From assembly GCA_965541585.1 (NCBI GenBank), contig CBEUCH010000001.1, forward strand, positions 64,001-128,000: a stretch of DNA of 64,000 nucleotides, read 5' to 3'. Position numbers and translations under genes: made by a program. Under the pieces are notes generated by a model. The model was not told the origin of the DNA and did no database searches. It saw only the letters and a list, made by a program, of their open reading frames with translations. Below are positions 17,875-27,063 of the stretch, piece after piece. The stretch comes from an uncultured bacterium (GTDB lineage: Bacteria > Zixibacteria > MSB-5A5 > UBA10806). The stretch's first letter is position 1. Each line of letters begins with the position of its first letter.

Positions 17875-19419
17875 ATGAAGTTTGTTGCTCAGCTTAGAAG
17901 TGTACTCTGGGTCCTTGCCCTGGGGGCTATTTTCATGCTGGCGGGCATGATAATTGGCTCCAACTTCACAATTCCAGAAAAATTGAAAGCTGAGAGCCAT
18001 TCGGATCCTCAGAAGCAATCTCCTGGCGCTGAGTTCGAACAGATAGCACCTGTGAAGGGTCATTCTCCCTTCGTCTATGTAGCCGAGATGGTGAAACCGG
18101 CGGTGGTCAATATATCGGCGGAATCAGTGACCGAGGATAGATTTCACTCGTTCATGGATGATGATTTTTTCAGGCGGTTCTTCGGATTGCCTGATGATGA
18201 GAGAAATCGTCAGCCGCGTCTGAGGCGTTCGGAATCGCTTGGATCGGGTTTCATCATTTCCCCGGATGGATTCATTTTGACCAATAACCATGTGGTTAAG
18301 GATGCGGAGAAAGTGACGGTGACGTTATCCGATCAGCATCACTATAGAGCCGAGATCGTCGGCACTGATTCGGAGACCGATCTGGCATTGCTGAAAATAG
18401 ATACGGATTATGATCTTCCCATTATAACCGTTGGCGATTCCGATTCCATCCTTGTCGGTGATTGGGTGATGGCTATAGGTAATCCGTTTCCGTATCTGGG
18501 ATTGGATCGTACTGTGACAGTAGGCGTGGTATCGGCAAAGGGGAGGAAAGGCCTGATATTCGGCGGCGATATGCCGTCATATCAAAATTATATCCAGACT
18601 GATGCCTCCATCAATCCGGGGAACTCAGGGGGTCCGCTGGTCAACCTTCAGGGAGAGGCGATTGGAGTAAATTCTGCTATTGCCTCCCCATCAGGTGGCA
18701 ACGTGGGGATCGGTTTTGCGATACCGATCAATCTGGCCAAGCAGGTGGCCGATCAACTCAGGGAGTCGGGGATAGTCTCCCGCGGTTATCTCGGTATCTA
18801 TCCTCAGGACATAACATTCGAGTTGAAGGAAGCGAATGGCCTGCCGTCAACCGACGGAATCCTCGTGGCGCAGGTTGACAAGGGCACACCGGCGGATGGA
18901 TCAACGCTGAAAGTCGGTGATGTCATAGTCAAATTCAACGGTGTTAAGATCACCGATGCTCAGCAATTTCGTTTTCTGGTGGCTGATGCCGGGCCGGACA
19001 ATGAGGCGCGGTTGGAGATCTGGCGTAATGGTGGTTTTAAAAATATTAAGGTCGAGCTGGGTGATAGAATGGATTACGTTGACGCCCGACTTCCATCGAC
19101 CGAGAAGGAGCAGGAGGATGGCGAGTGGCTCGGCCTGGAGGTCGAGACCCCGACCGCGGACAACGCCGAGCAATTTGGAGTAGATGTTGAGCCCGGCGCT
19201 CTTATCACATCGGTCGTGCCGGGAAGCCCGGCCGACTACGCCGGATTGATGGCCGGAGATATAATTCTTAAAATTGGCGGCATAGATATTGAAAATGCCG
19301 GCGATTTCTTTAATGTTGCAGATGATTTGAGAGGCAGCTCTAAGCCGATATCTTTTTATATTAGCAGAGGGATTTCCAGAATCTTCGTGGCTGTGATCCC
19401 CGAAAGTAAGCGGCAATAA
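17875..19419 (+). CDS. degP: Do/DegP family serine endopeptidase
   Basis: TNNHVV, DLAL, QTDASINPGNSGGPL motifs; two PDZ domains; N-terminal TM helix. Confidence 0.9.
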   Translation: MKFVAQLRSVLWVLALGAIFMLAGMIIGSNFTIPEKLKAESHSDPQKQSPGAEFEQIAPVKGHSPFVYVAEMVKPAVVNISAESVTEDRFHSFMDDDFFRRFFGLPDDERNRQPRLRRSESLGSGFIISPDGFILTNNHVVKDAEKVTVTLSDQHHYRAEIVGTDSETDLALLKIDTDYDLPIITVGDSDSILVGDWVMAIGNPFPYLGLDRTVTVGVVSAKGRKGLIFGGDMPSYQNYIQTDASINPGNSGGPLVNLQGEAIGVNSAIASPSGGNVGIGFAIPINLAKQVADQLRESGIVSRGYLGIYPQDITFELKEANGLPSTDGILVAQVDKGTPADGSTLKVGDVIVKFNGVKITDAQQFRFLVADAGPDNEARLEIWRNGGFKNIKVELGDRMDYVDARLPSTEKEQEDGEWLGLEVETPTADNAEQFGVDVEPGALITSVVPGSPADYAGLMAGDIILKIGGIDIENAGDFFNVADDLRGSSKPISFYISRGISRIFVAVIPESKRQ

Positions 19420-19506
19420 TGGAACTCCCGATCAGTCATTTCAGGTTGTATGATTGCTGTAGAGTCAAAGTGATTTTGGGGCGTTGCCCGAAAGGAGCAT
19501 AATTGA

Positions 19507-20361
19507 TTGTCTAAGGCAATAAGAAAATATCGTGACGAGGATAAATCATTAGATCTGTATTTGCGAGAAATCGGCGAAACACCGCTTATAAATGCTGCCG
19601 AAGAAGTGGCACTCGCCAAGCGGATCAAGCTGGGTGAGCAGAGGGCCCTGGAGAAATTGACCAAGGCCAATCTACGTTTCGTCGTTTCGGTAGCCAAGCA
19701 GTACCAGAACCAGGGATTGTCTCTGGCGGATTTGATCAACGAGGGCAATATCGGCCTGATCAAAGCTGCCAAGCGGTTTGATGAGACGAGAGGGTTTAAA
19801 TTCATATCGTATGCCGTCTGGTGGATACGGCAAGCGATCCTGCAATCCCTGGCGGAGCAATCGCGAATCGTCCGGCTGCCTCTGAACAGGGTGGGAACAT
19901 TGCATAAGATCGGCAAGGTTTCCTCGTCGTTGCAGCAGACGTTTGGCAGAGAGCCGTCGGCCATCGAGATCGCCAAGGAGCTTTCGTTGACGGAGGGCGA
20001 GGTTTCCGACACTCTTAAGATATCCAACTCGCATCTATCGCTTGATGCACCGTTTTCCGTTTCGGAGGATAATAGCCTGATCGATATCTTGGAGGACGAG
20101 GAGCAAGAGTCGCCTGACGAGTCGCTCCTGAGCGATTCGTTGAGGGTTGAGATCGAGAAAGCGCTGGATACCCTCTCGCCCAGGGAGGCCGAGGTCATCA
20201 ACCTCTATTTCGGCCTCAACCACAAAAAGCCGTTGACGCTTGAAGAGATAGGGGCGCGCTTCTCGCTTACCCGAGAGAGGGTTCGCCAGATCAAAGAGAA
20301 GGCTATCCGCCGGCTCAGGCATGCCTCGAGATCGAAAGCTTTAAGAGCGTATCTGAACTAA
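19507..20361 (+). CDS. RpoD/SigA-family sigma factor lacking region 1.1
   Basis: [45 protein letters not shown]; 284 aa; TTG start after AAGGAG. Confidence 0.9.
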   Translation: MSKAIRKYRDEDKSLDLYLREIGETPLINAAEEVALAKRIKLGEQRALEKLTKANLRFVVSVAKQYQNQGLSLADLINEGNIGLIKAAKRFDETRGFKFISYAVWWIRQAILQSLAEQSRIVRLPLNRVGTLHKIGKVSSSLQQTFGREPSAIEIAKELSLTEGEVSDTLKISNSHLSLDAPFSVSEDNSLIDILEDEEQESPDESLLSDSLRVEIEKALDTLSPREAEVINLYFGLNHKKPLTLEEIGARFSLTRERVRQIKEKAIRRLRHASRSKALRAYLN

Positions 20362-20378
20362 AGAAACGGGTCTTTCGG

Positions 20379-20411
20379 AAACGGGCGGGCTTTTTGCCCG
20401 CCTGTTTTTTT
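20379..20411 (+). terminator. Intrinsic terminator after the sigma factor gene
   Basis: AAACGGGCGGGC-TTTTT-GCCCGCCTGTTT followed by a T run. Confidence 0.85.
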
Positions 20412-20472
20412 ATAGGGATATTAAACCTATCTTATTTATTGTAAGCAACTTAGGTTCTTGCTAAAATTCCGC

Positions 20473-20514
20473 TTGACAGAGCGATATAAATGATATATTC
20501 TATAGATAGAATAT
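20473..20514 (+). promoter_or_regulatory. padR promoter with overlapping palindromic operator
   Basis: TTGACA-N17-TATTCT; perfect inverted repeat ATATTCTA-TAGA-TAGAATAT (20495-20514) covering the -10. Confidence 0.7.
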
Positions 20515-20529
20515 TATATTTATGGACTA

Positions 20530-21066
20530 ATGAAGCTCTCCAATCAAGAAATAGTAATCCTCGCAATCCTCTCGGAAACAGAGAGATACGGCTACGAGAT
20601 AGATAAGATACTTACCGAAAAGCAGATCCGGCCCTGGGATAACATAGCGCAATCATCCATATATGCTGTTTTAATCCGACTGCACCGCATGGGCCTTGCT
20701 GACAGAAGAGAAGTGAGTCAAAGCGGCCGCCCGCCCAGAAGGCTTTATTCGATATCTGAATCCGGCAGGGCGGAGCTGGAGGAGGCTATATTCGAATCGA
20801 TTCTGGATGACCGGCGAGTGATTGGACGGTTTGAAATAATTCTCTTTGTGTGGGCTATGCTCTCTTCGGATAAAAGAAATAAGCTGCTTTCTTCCTACAT
20901 GGCTCTTCTGAGGGGCCGTGAGGAATATTATCGAACAGAAGCGGGGCAGAGAATCAATCCCATTGAAGCTGCGTTATTCGAACGTCCTCTCAGGACGGTG
21001 AAAGCGGAGATAGGCTGGTTGAAGGAATTTGCTCAGAATAATGGAGTTTCGATATCCGATGATTAG
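20530..21066 (+). CDS. PadR family transcriptional regulator
   Basis: ILAILSE..RYGYEI...SSIYAVL...GRPPRRLYSISESGR wHTH. Confidence 0.9.
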   Translation: MKLSNQEIVILAILSETERYGYEIDKILTEKQIRPWDNIAQSSIYAVLIRLHRMGLADRREVSQSGRPPRRLYSISESGRAELEEAIFESILDDRRVIGRFEIILFVWAMLSSDKRNKLLSSYMALLRGREEYYRTEAGQRINPIEAALFERPLRTVKAEIGWLKEFAQNNGVSISDD

Positions 21067-21182
21067 GGAATTGATTAATGCGGGCCCTGATTAAATCAGA
21101 TTATCGGTAACATTAAGGATATCTCAGGAAAGCCGGCGAAAAGAGACGGCCGGGGGATTTCAAATATGGGAATTGGCTCTGT

Positions 21183-22358
21183 TTAAGCGGGAGGCTGTCT
21201 GGAGATCGATGAATCTGAATTACCGGCAGGAACGGATGGTACAGTGGTGTTGGCGGGTCTGGTTCCAAACCTGGTGGTCAGGACAGCCCCCAGGCCGACA
21301 GGAATAACAATAAATAGAAAGAAGCCTATTAATATCCAGCTGAAAATCATGAGCACCATCGATCCGGTAATCATCTGCATTAGGAAAAACAGGGCCGGGA
21401 TTGCGCCTAATGCCACGGTTCCATAGAGGAAAGTCTTGAAGGAAAAACGGTCGGCATGGAGAATTTTTTCGCCGAGCATATTGCTTAAGGCTGTTGAAGC
21501 CAGGATCATCCCCGCAATGAGCGCAATTGGCACGCCAAGTATGGCCAGCGGAATACCCAGTACGGTGATCAACAAGACGATAAAGGCCGTGAACGCAAGA
21601 AGATAGACAAGATAGCCCTTAAGGAAAGATACGACGAAGTTTGTTTTGATATGGTTGGCGATCATTGCAACATTAGCCTGAAAGATGGAGGTGCAGGTCG
21701 CCGAGAGAACCATCCAGACTAAGAAGACCAGGACGAAGATAAACCCCATAACTCTGAATGGCGTTCTATCAGTCAACCGGGCAACCGATCTTGGAGTGCC
21801 TGTTTTCCAGGTCCCTGTGCCGACTCGAGCCCCCGGATCCTTTTTTACCGTTCCCGATATAGCCACTGCGCTTTCTTTGACATTTCCCGTGGATGTTATA
21901 TAAATATCCCCTGAAAAGGCCAGGACTCCACCCTCGACCGTCCCCCTTACGATAATATCGCCAAAGGCGGAAACGACGTCGCCGTGAACAACGTCGTCTT
22001 CCTCGACGATTATTTTGTTTCCGACCCGAACAATATCCTCTCCCATCCGGTGGTGCTCCAAATGTCTGTCGATGTCGGAGAGAACCAAAATACTGTCATT
22101 GGAAAGGCCTATGATAATGCTGTCGCCGCCGATGGATATCTCAATGATCTCCAGTCCCTCCTCGATACCCAAAAGTATCTCCTCCAGCCCTATTATGCTT
22201 ACAGATTCATCAAGCGCCTCCAGCGATTCCAGATCCAGAAGGAGTTCCATTGCCTCCATCGGTTCTGGAGGTTCCGGCGGTTCCGGTGGCTCAGGGGGGC
22301 CGGCATAAGCCAGCCCCACGATCAAAACCGAGTATATTATCGAGGTCAGTAATTTCAT
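21183..22358 (-). CDS. Membrane protein with bactofilin-like beta-helix repeats and C-terminal TM bundle
   Basis: Signal peptide, (PPE)n tract, GDVVSAFGDIIVRGTVEGGV repeats, several TM helices. Confidence 0.65.
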   Translation of the reverse strand: MKLLTSIIYSVLIVGLAYAGPPEPPEPPEPPEPMEAMELLLDLESLEALDESVSIIGLEEILLGIEEGLEIIEISIGGDSIIIGLSNDSILVLSDIDRHLEHHRMGEDIVRVGNKIIVEEDDVVHGDVVSAFGDIIVRGTVEGGVLAFSGDIYITSTGNVKESAVAISGTVKKDPGARVGTGTWKTGTPRSVARLTDRTPFRVMGFIFVLVFLVWMVLSATCTSIFQANVAMIANHIKTNFVVSFLKGYLVYLLAFTAFIVLLITVLGIPLAILGVPIALIAGMILASTALSNMLGEKILHADRFSFKTFLYGTVALGAIPALFFLMQMITGSMVLMIFSWILIGFFLFIVIPVGLGAVLTTRFGTRPANTTVPSVPAGNSDSSISRQPPA

Positions 22359-22361
22359 TTT

Positions 22362-23429
22362 CTAGTACCTTGTAATCCTTATATCGCCCGACGACGTGGA
22401 GATGTTTAGCCTGCCCTTGCCCTCACCCATGCTGGCGATCAGCCGGGAATCGGATAAGGTCTCGATATCGGCGGAAATACGGGATTTGATATCCCCCGAT
22501 GATGTCCGCAGCGAAAGCCGCCCCTCGAACTGCGGGCTGATCTCCACCATAACATCGCCGGATATCGCTTCGATATCGAAATCGCCTTCCGTGGCTGTCA
22601 GGGTTTTGAGCATGATATCGCCGGATGAGGTTTTGGCCCGGACCGAACCGCCGGCTGTATTCACATAGATGTCGCCGGATGATGTTCTGAGATCCAGATC
22701 GCCGCCGACATCGTTGACCCGCCAATCGCCCGATGAGGAATAGATCATCATGGAACCGGTGATATCGGAAAGCCGCCCGTCGCCGGAGGAGGTCCGGAGA
22801 TCAACGTCGCCCTTCAGCCCGTCGATCCTGATGTCGGATGATCTTCCCTCGATCGAGAGGTTTCCGGTATGGTCGAAGACGTCGACATCGCCGCTGGAAA
22901 GATCGCACTTGATATTGCCGTCGGTGGCCCGCAATTCGATATCGGATGACGAACCCCGAACGTCCAGATCGAGCTTCAATTGCGATACTTCGAGGTCGGC
23001 GGATGACGAAATCACATCGACCGTTTTACCGTCGGGGATACTGACACTCAAATAAAAATTGAGATTATCGTTCCAGTCGCCGGATATGAGCCTTTTGAGA
23101 ATACTTTTCCCGGACTTTCGATGCCGGGGCAGATCAACGGTTATCAGCACCTCGCCGTCCGAAGCCTCCGCCTTGTAGACGCATTCGTCGTTTAGCCTTT
23201 CGGCATCCTCTTTGTCCCTGGCGTAGATCTCGTTCTTAAACGAGACCTCGATTTCGCTGGTTTGCGATCTGGAGAGTTTGATATCGCCCGATGGCATATC
23301 GATTCTTATGATATCGATCCGGCTGCCGTCGAAGGTTTCCTTCTTGTCGAACGAGAACTCCTTGTCGGCTTGAACCGGGCTGGCAATCAATAAGACGGCG
23401 ATTGCGACACATAGTGATAAGGTTTTCAT
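22362..23429 (-). CDS. DUF4097 family beta-strand repeat protein
   Basis: Many xTSSGDI-type repeats; signal peptide. Confidence 0.85.
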   Translation of the reverse strand: MKTLSLCVAIAVLLIASPVQADKEFSFDKKETFDGSRIDIIRIDMPSGDIKLSRSQTSEIEVSFKNEIYARDKEDAERLNDECVYKAEASDGEVLITVDLPRHRKSGKSILKRLISGDWNDNLNFYLSVSIPDGKTVDVISSSADLEVSQLKLDLDVRGSSSDIELRATDGNIKCDLSSGDVDVFDHTGNLSIEGRSSDIRIDGLKGDVDLRTSSGDGRLSDITGSMMIYSSSGDWRVNDVGGDLDLRTSSGDIYVNTAGGSVRAKTSSGDIMLKTLTATEGDFDIEAISGDVMVEISPQFEGRLSLRTSSGDIKSRISADIETLSDSRLIASMGEGKGRLNISTSSGDIRITRY

Positions 23430-23438
23430 GGCGGCCTC

Positions 23439-24011
23439 CTACCTTAGGCTTTTTAGTTTTTTCTTCAACAACTCCCGGGCGCGAAATATCCTGGCTTTCA
23501 CCGTCCCTACCGGCACCCTGAGGTGCGAGGCGATCTCCTCGTAGGCTTTGTCCTCCTTGTGGCGCAGGATGATGACCTCCCTGTACTTGTCCGGCAGCGA
23601 TTCGATGGCCTCCTCGATGCTGAAACGCTGCTGCTTGGCGGCCAGGTCGTGCTCGGGGTGGTAGGAGTAGTCGGGTACTTCCATCTGGACGTCGCCGTTT
23701 TTGGTCATGATCGGCCTGTCCAGCGACATGGCGTCGATCTTGCGTCTGCGGATGGAATCGATAGAGCAGTTGGCGGCGATCTTGTAGAGCCAGGTGGAGA
23801 ACCGGTAAGTCGAGTTGTATGTTTTCAAAGATCCGAAAGCCTTGATGAACGTCTCCTGGACCAGATCCTTGGCTTCCTCGGCGTTGCGCACGATCTTGAC
23901 GGCGATATGGAATATCGCCTGCCGATGTTGCTCGAAAAGCGCCTTGTAGGCCTTTTGATCGCCGGCAAGCGCCGATTTCACCAGCGCCTGCTCGCTGTCC
24001 GGAGAGGGCAT
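23439..24011 (-). CDS. ECF sigma-70 factor, SigW-like
   Basis: AKDLVQETFIKAF, FSTWLYKIAAN, GTVKARIFRAR motifs; start reassigned to ATG 24011 behind AAGGGAG. Confidence 0.9.
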   Translation of the reverse strand: MPSPDSEQALVKSALAGDQKAYKALFEQHRQAIFHIAVKIVRNAEEAKDLVQETFIKAFGSLKTYNSTYRFSTWLYKIAANCSIDSIRRRKIDAMSLDRPIMTKNGDVQMEVPDYSYHPEHDLAAKQQRFSIEEAIESLPDKYREVIILRHKEDKAYEEIASHLRVPVGTVKARIFRARELLKKKLKSLR

Positions 24012-24334
24012 TTTGCTCCCTTTTTTACTACGAAAAGCCGCTATTATAGTTGCGCAGGTCAAGATAGGGGATAACGCGAGCCGATTCAAGGGAGAATTGG
24101 GGGAAGGGGCATCACGGGGATGATCGAGGATGGCGGATGATTATCCTGGCGTTGCGGCTGCTGGCCGGTGGGATGGTGGTGGTGGTGAGGACGCGAGAAT
24201 TGGCGGTGGGGTAGACTGGGTACTCAATATCATAATCATACTTGCTGAGCGTCGTCGGGACTCCTTTCCCGGCGTTTTATGCTGGCAGGAAAGGATACCT
24301 GCCAGGGCGGGGAGATACTCACGCCAAAAACCCC

Positions 24335-24363
24335 TTGCACCATGGAACCGGCTCTCTTATAAT
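24335..24363 (+). promoter_or_regulatory. Sigma-70 promoter of the TPP-riboswitch operon
   Basis: TTGCAC-N17-TATAAT directly upstream of the aptamer. Confidence 0.7.
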
Positions 24364-24384
24364 CCTGTTGGAGTAAGTGAAAGA

Positions 24385-24460
24385 TAAAGGGGTGGTCCCC
24401 GTATGGGACCTGAGAGTAAACCCTTAGAACCTGATCCGGGTAATGCCGGCGTAGGGAGCA
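24385..24460 (+). ncRNA. TPP riboswitch aptamer
   Basis: GGGGTG...CTGAGAG...ACCC..GAACCTGATCCGGGTAATGCCGGCGTAGGGA canonical THI-box. Confidence 0.92.
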
Positions 24461-24464
24461 AGAT

Positions 24465-24498
24465 AAAGCCCACCGGCCGCCGATGGGCTTTTTTGTTT
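24465..24498 (+). terminator. Riboswitch-associated terminator (expression platform)
   Basis: AAAGCCCACCGG-CCG-CCGATGGGCTTT followed by TTTGTTT, between aptamer and RBS. Confidence 0.85.
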
Positions 24499-24519
24499 CC
24501 CGGGAAAAGGAGGAACAAC

Positions 24520-27060
24520 ATGTTCACCAGAACCATCATCGCCCGCCAATGGGCGGGTCTCATAGCGATCATCGCCATCATCGCTTTATTTGCGAGCACG
24601 GCTGTCGCGGCCGAGCTAACAGGCACGGTCTGGAACGATGAGACCGGCGAGCCTATCGCCGGGGTGGCCGTGAAGATCAAAGGCACTAGCATCGTCACTG
24701 TAACCGATAGCGAGGGACGTTATCGCCTGTCGGATGCGCCATCCGCGGAGGTAACCCTGCTGGCCAGTGTTATAGGTTATAGTGTGGCCTATCGCACTGT
24801 CGATGCGGAGCAAACCGGCACGGCGGATTTTTACCTGACACCGAAACTGCTCAAGGGACAGGATGTAATCGTCACCGCCACGCGAGCAAAACAGGGAGAA
24901 ACACCGGTGGCGTTCACCAATGTCACCAGCGCGGAGATCGAGGATAAGTATTTTGCACAGGATATCCCCATGCTCTTAGCCGACACGCCGAACCTGTTCG
25001 CTTACTCCGATGCCGGTAACGGCATAGGGTATTCTTATATGCGAATCCGGGGTTTCGACCAGAAGCGGATCGCGGTCATGTTAAACGGCGTCCCCCTCAA
25101 CGATGCCGAGTCGGGTGAGGTCTTCTGGATCGATCTGCCCGATTTCGCCGAAAGCGTGGAGGATATCCAGATCCAGCGCGGGGTCGGCAATTCTCTCTAT
25201 GGCGCGGCGGCTCTGGGGGGCTCTGTCAATCTGATAACATCTGATTTTTCAGCTCAGCCGGAATTGAAATTTAAATCCGGCTACGGCAGTTACAACACCA
25301 GGAAACTTCTTCTTTCGGGTAATTCGGGTTTGATAAAAGATTCCTATGTTTTCTACGGCCGCTTCTCCAAAATCGATACCGACGGTTACCGTGACAAGTC
25401 CTGGTCGAGAATGTGGGGTTATTTTATCGGCCTGGCGCGCTACGACGAGCGATCGACATTGAAAGTAAACTTCTACGGCGGGCCGGAGGAATCGCACCTG
25501 GCATACAAAGGAATCACCGCATTGCAGCTTCAATGGGGCGACCGCCGTTACAACGAGCTTCAGTACAAAGACGAAATCGATCATTTCCAGCAGCCGCACT
25601 ACGAATTGATACATGATTTCAGAATCAACGGAAAGACGTCGCTTTCCAATACGCTTTACTATTTCAAAGGCGACGGCTACTACGACCAGTTTCGCAGCCG
25701 CCGTTACATAGAGGAATATAACTTAGGAGCGATCTGGGCCGGCACGGCCGATGAGTTCCCGTCGAACTATTATGCCGACGTCGATGCCGGCGGCAATCCT
25801 ATTCCTGATCCGGCAACGGGCTTATACGAGCTCGAGAGGACTGATGTTGTTCGTCGCCGGGTCGTCAGCGAATACGATTGGGGATGGATACCTCGTGTAA
25901 CCCATGATTTTGGTAGAGGGAAAGTCGTAGCCGGAGGGGAGATGAGAATCCATGAAGGCCATCATTTCGGCGAGGTGCTCTGGGCGGCGGCCTATCCGAA
26001 AAATCTCGATCCGAATGTGCGGTACTATGACTACTACGGCGCCCGGCAATCCTACACCGTTTTCGGACATCTGGCCTACGATATCACCGAGAGACTCTCG
26101 GGCATGGCTGATCTGCAGTATCAATATTACGGTTACGACCTGAGTAATGAGAAGCGGTTCGATGTCAGCTTTGACCGCAGTTACAATTTTGTTACTCCTC
26201 GCTTCGGGATGAATTTCGCGGTCAGTGATGAAATCACGGTGTTCGGCAACGTTTCTACTGCGGCGCGGCAACCGGCGTTCAAGGATATATACGACCCTAC
26301 GGATTACTGGTCGAATCCGGTTTACAAGCCCGGTAATTTCAGGACGGTAAGCCCCGGTTATGATTTCACGGGGAAAGAGCTGGACCCGGAAAAGCTTTTC
26401 GATGTCGAGATCGGGGGAAGCTACAGGACCGATCTGGCGGGGAATAAACTGAATTTAGCATTGAACCTCTACCGCATGCAGTTATCCGATGAGATAATTC
26501 CGTATGCCGGTCAGGTGGATGATGACGGTTATCCCATCTCGGGCAATGCTGATAAAACTTTGCACCAGGGAATCGAAATCTCAGCGAAACTTGTCACAAC
26601 TGCAAATCTGAAGTTTTCCGGTAACATTTCTGTCAATGACGATCATTTTGAGGATTACACGGAATATGGTTTCGACTGGGATGCCTGGGAGGCCATAGAG
26701 CTGGATCGATCCGGCAATCGCATAGGTGGCTTTCCGGCTATGCTGGCCAATTACAACGTTACATACAGGTACTATCCGGCATCGTTCGGACTTTACGGAC
26801 ATTTTGTTGGAGAACAGTTCCTCGATAACTCCGAGAGTGACGAGAGAAAACTGAGGAGCTTTCACGTAGTCGATCTGGTCGGCTCCATCGATATAGGAGA
26901 TGAATTCGGGGTTGGTTCGATGGTGCTGTCTGTGAGAGTCAACAACTTATTTGATACAAAATACGCCGCCGCCGGATATATCGAGGAGGACGATGGACAG
27001 CCTCGCTACATGGTTGGTGCGGAGAGAAACTTTTTTGTATCGCTCGGCCTGGAGCTTTAG
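24520..27060 (+). CDS. TonB-dependent receptor, probable thiamine uptake
   Basis: Start at ATG 24520 behind AGGAGG; carboxypeptidase-regulatory-like N-terminus; plug (RIRGFD...NGVPLND, YGAAALGGSVN); NNLFD barrel end; under a TPP riboswitch. Confidence 0.9.
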   Translation: MFTRTIIARQWAGLIAIIAIIALFASTAVAAELTGTVWNDETGEPIAGVAVKIKGTSIVTVTDSEGRYRLSDAPSAEVTLLASVIGYSVAYRTVDAEQTGTADFYLTPKLLKGQDVIVTATRAKQGETPVAFTNVTSAEIEDKYFAQDIPMLLADTPNLFAYSDAGNGIGYSYMRIRGFDQKRIAVMLNGVPLNDAESGEVFWIDLPDFAESVEDIQIQRGVGNSLYGAAALGGSVNLITSDFSAQPELKFKSGYGSYNTRKLLLSGNSGLIKDSYVFYGRFSKIDTDGYRDKSWSRMWGYFIGLARYDERSTLKVNFYGGPEESHLAYKGITALQLQWGDRRYNELQYKDEIDHFQQPHYELIHDFRINGKTSLSNTLYYFKGDGYYDQFRSRRYIEEYNLGAIWAGTADEFPSNYYADVDAGGNPIPDPATGLYELERTDVVRRRVVSEYDWGWIPRVTHDFGRGKVVAGGEMRIHEGHHFGEVLWAAAYPKNLDPNVRYYDYYGARQSYTVFGHLAYDITERLSGMADLQYQYYGYDLSNEKRFDVSFDRSYNFVTPRFGMNFAVSDEITVFGNVSTAARQPAFKDIYDPTDYWSNPVYKPGNFRTVSPGYDFTGKELDPEKLFDVEIGGSYRTDLAGNKLNLALNLYRMQLSDEIIPYAGQVDDDGYPISGNADKTLHQGIEISAKLVTTANLKFSGNISVNDDHFEDYTEYGFDWDAWEAIELDRSGNRIGGFPAMLANYNVTYRYYPASFGLYGHFVGEQFLDNSESDERKLRSFHVVDLVGSIDIGDEFGVGSMVLSVRVNNLFDTKYAAAGYIEEDDGQPRYMVGAERNFFVSLGLEL

Positions 27061-27063
27061 ATA

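Noticed and set aside
19356..20322. Long antisense ORFs (281, 120 and 95 aa) over the sigma factor
   Set aside because: Shadows of a highly conserved gene; no RBS or family motifs
24090..24230. Strongly G-skewed tract with GGT repeats and an 85-aa ORF (24130-24387)
   Set aside because: Low complexity, no family motif, and the ORF overlaps the downstream promoter; G-quadruplex potential cannot be supported
24403..24519. N-terminal extension of the TonB receptor in the ORF track
   Set aside because: Runs through the TPP aptamer and terminator; the real start is ATG 24520 with AGGAGG
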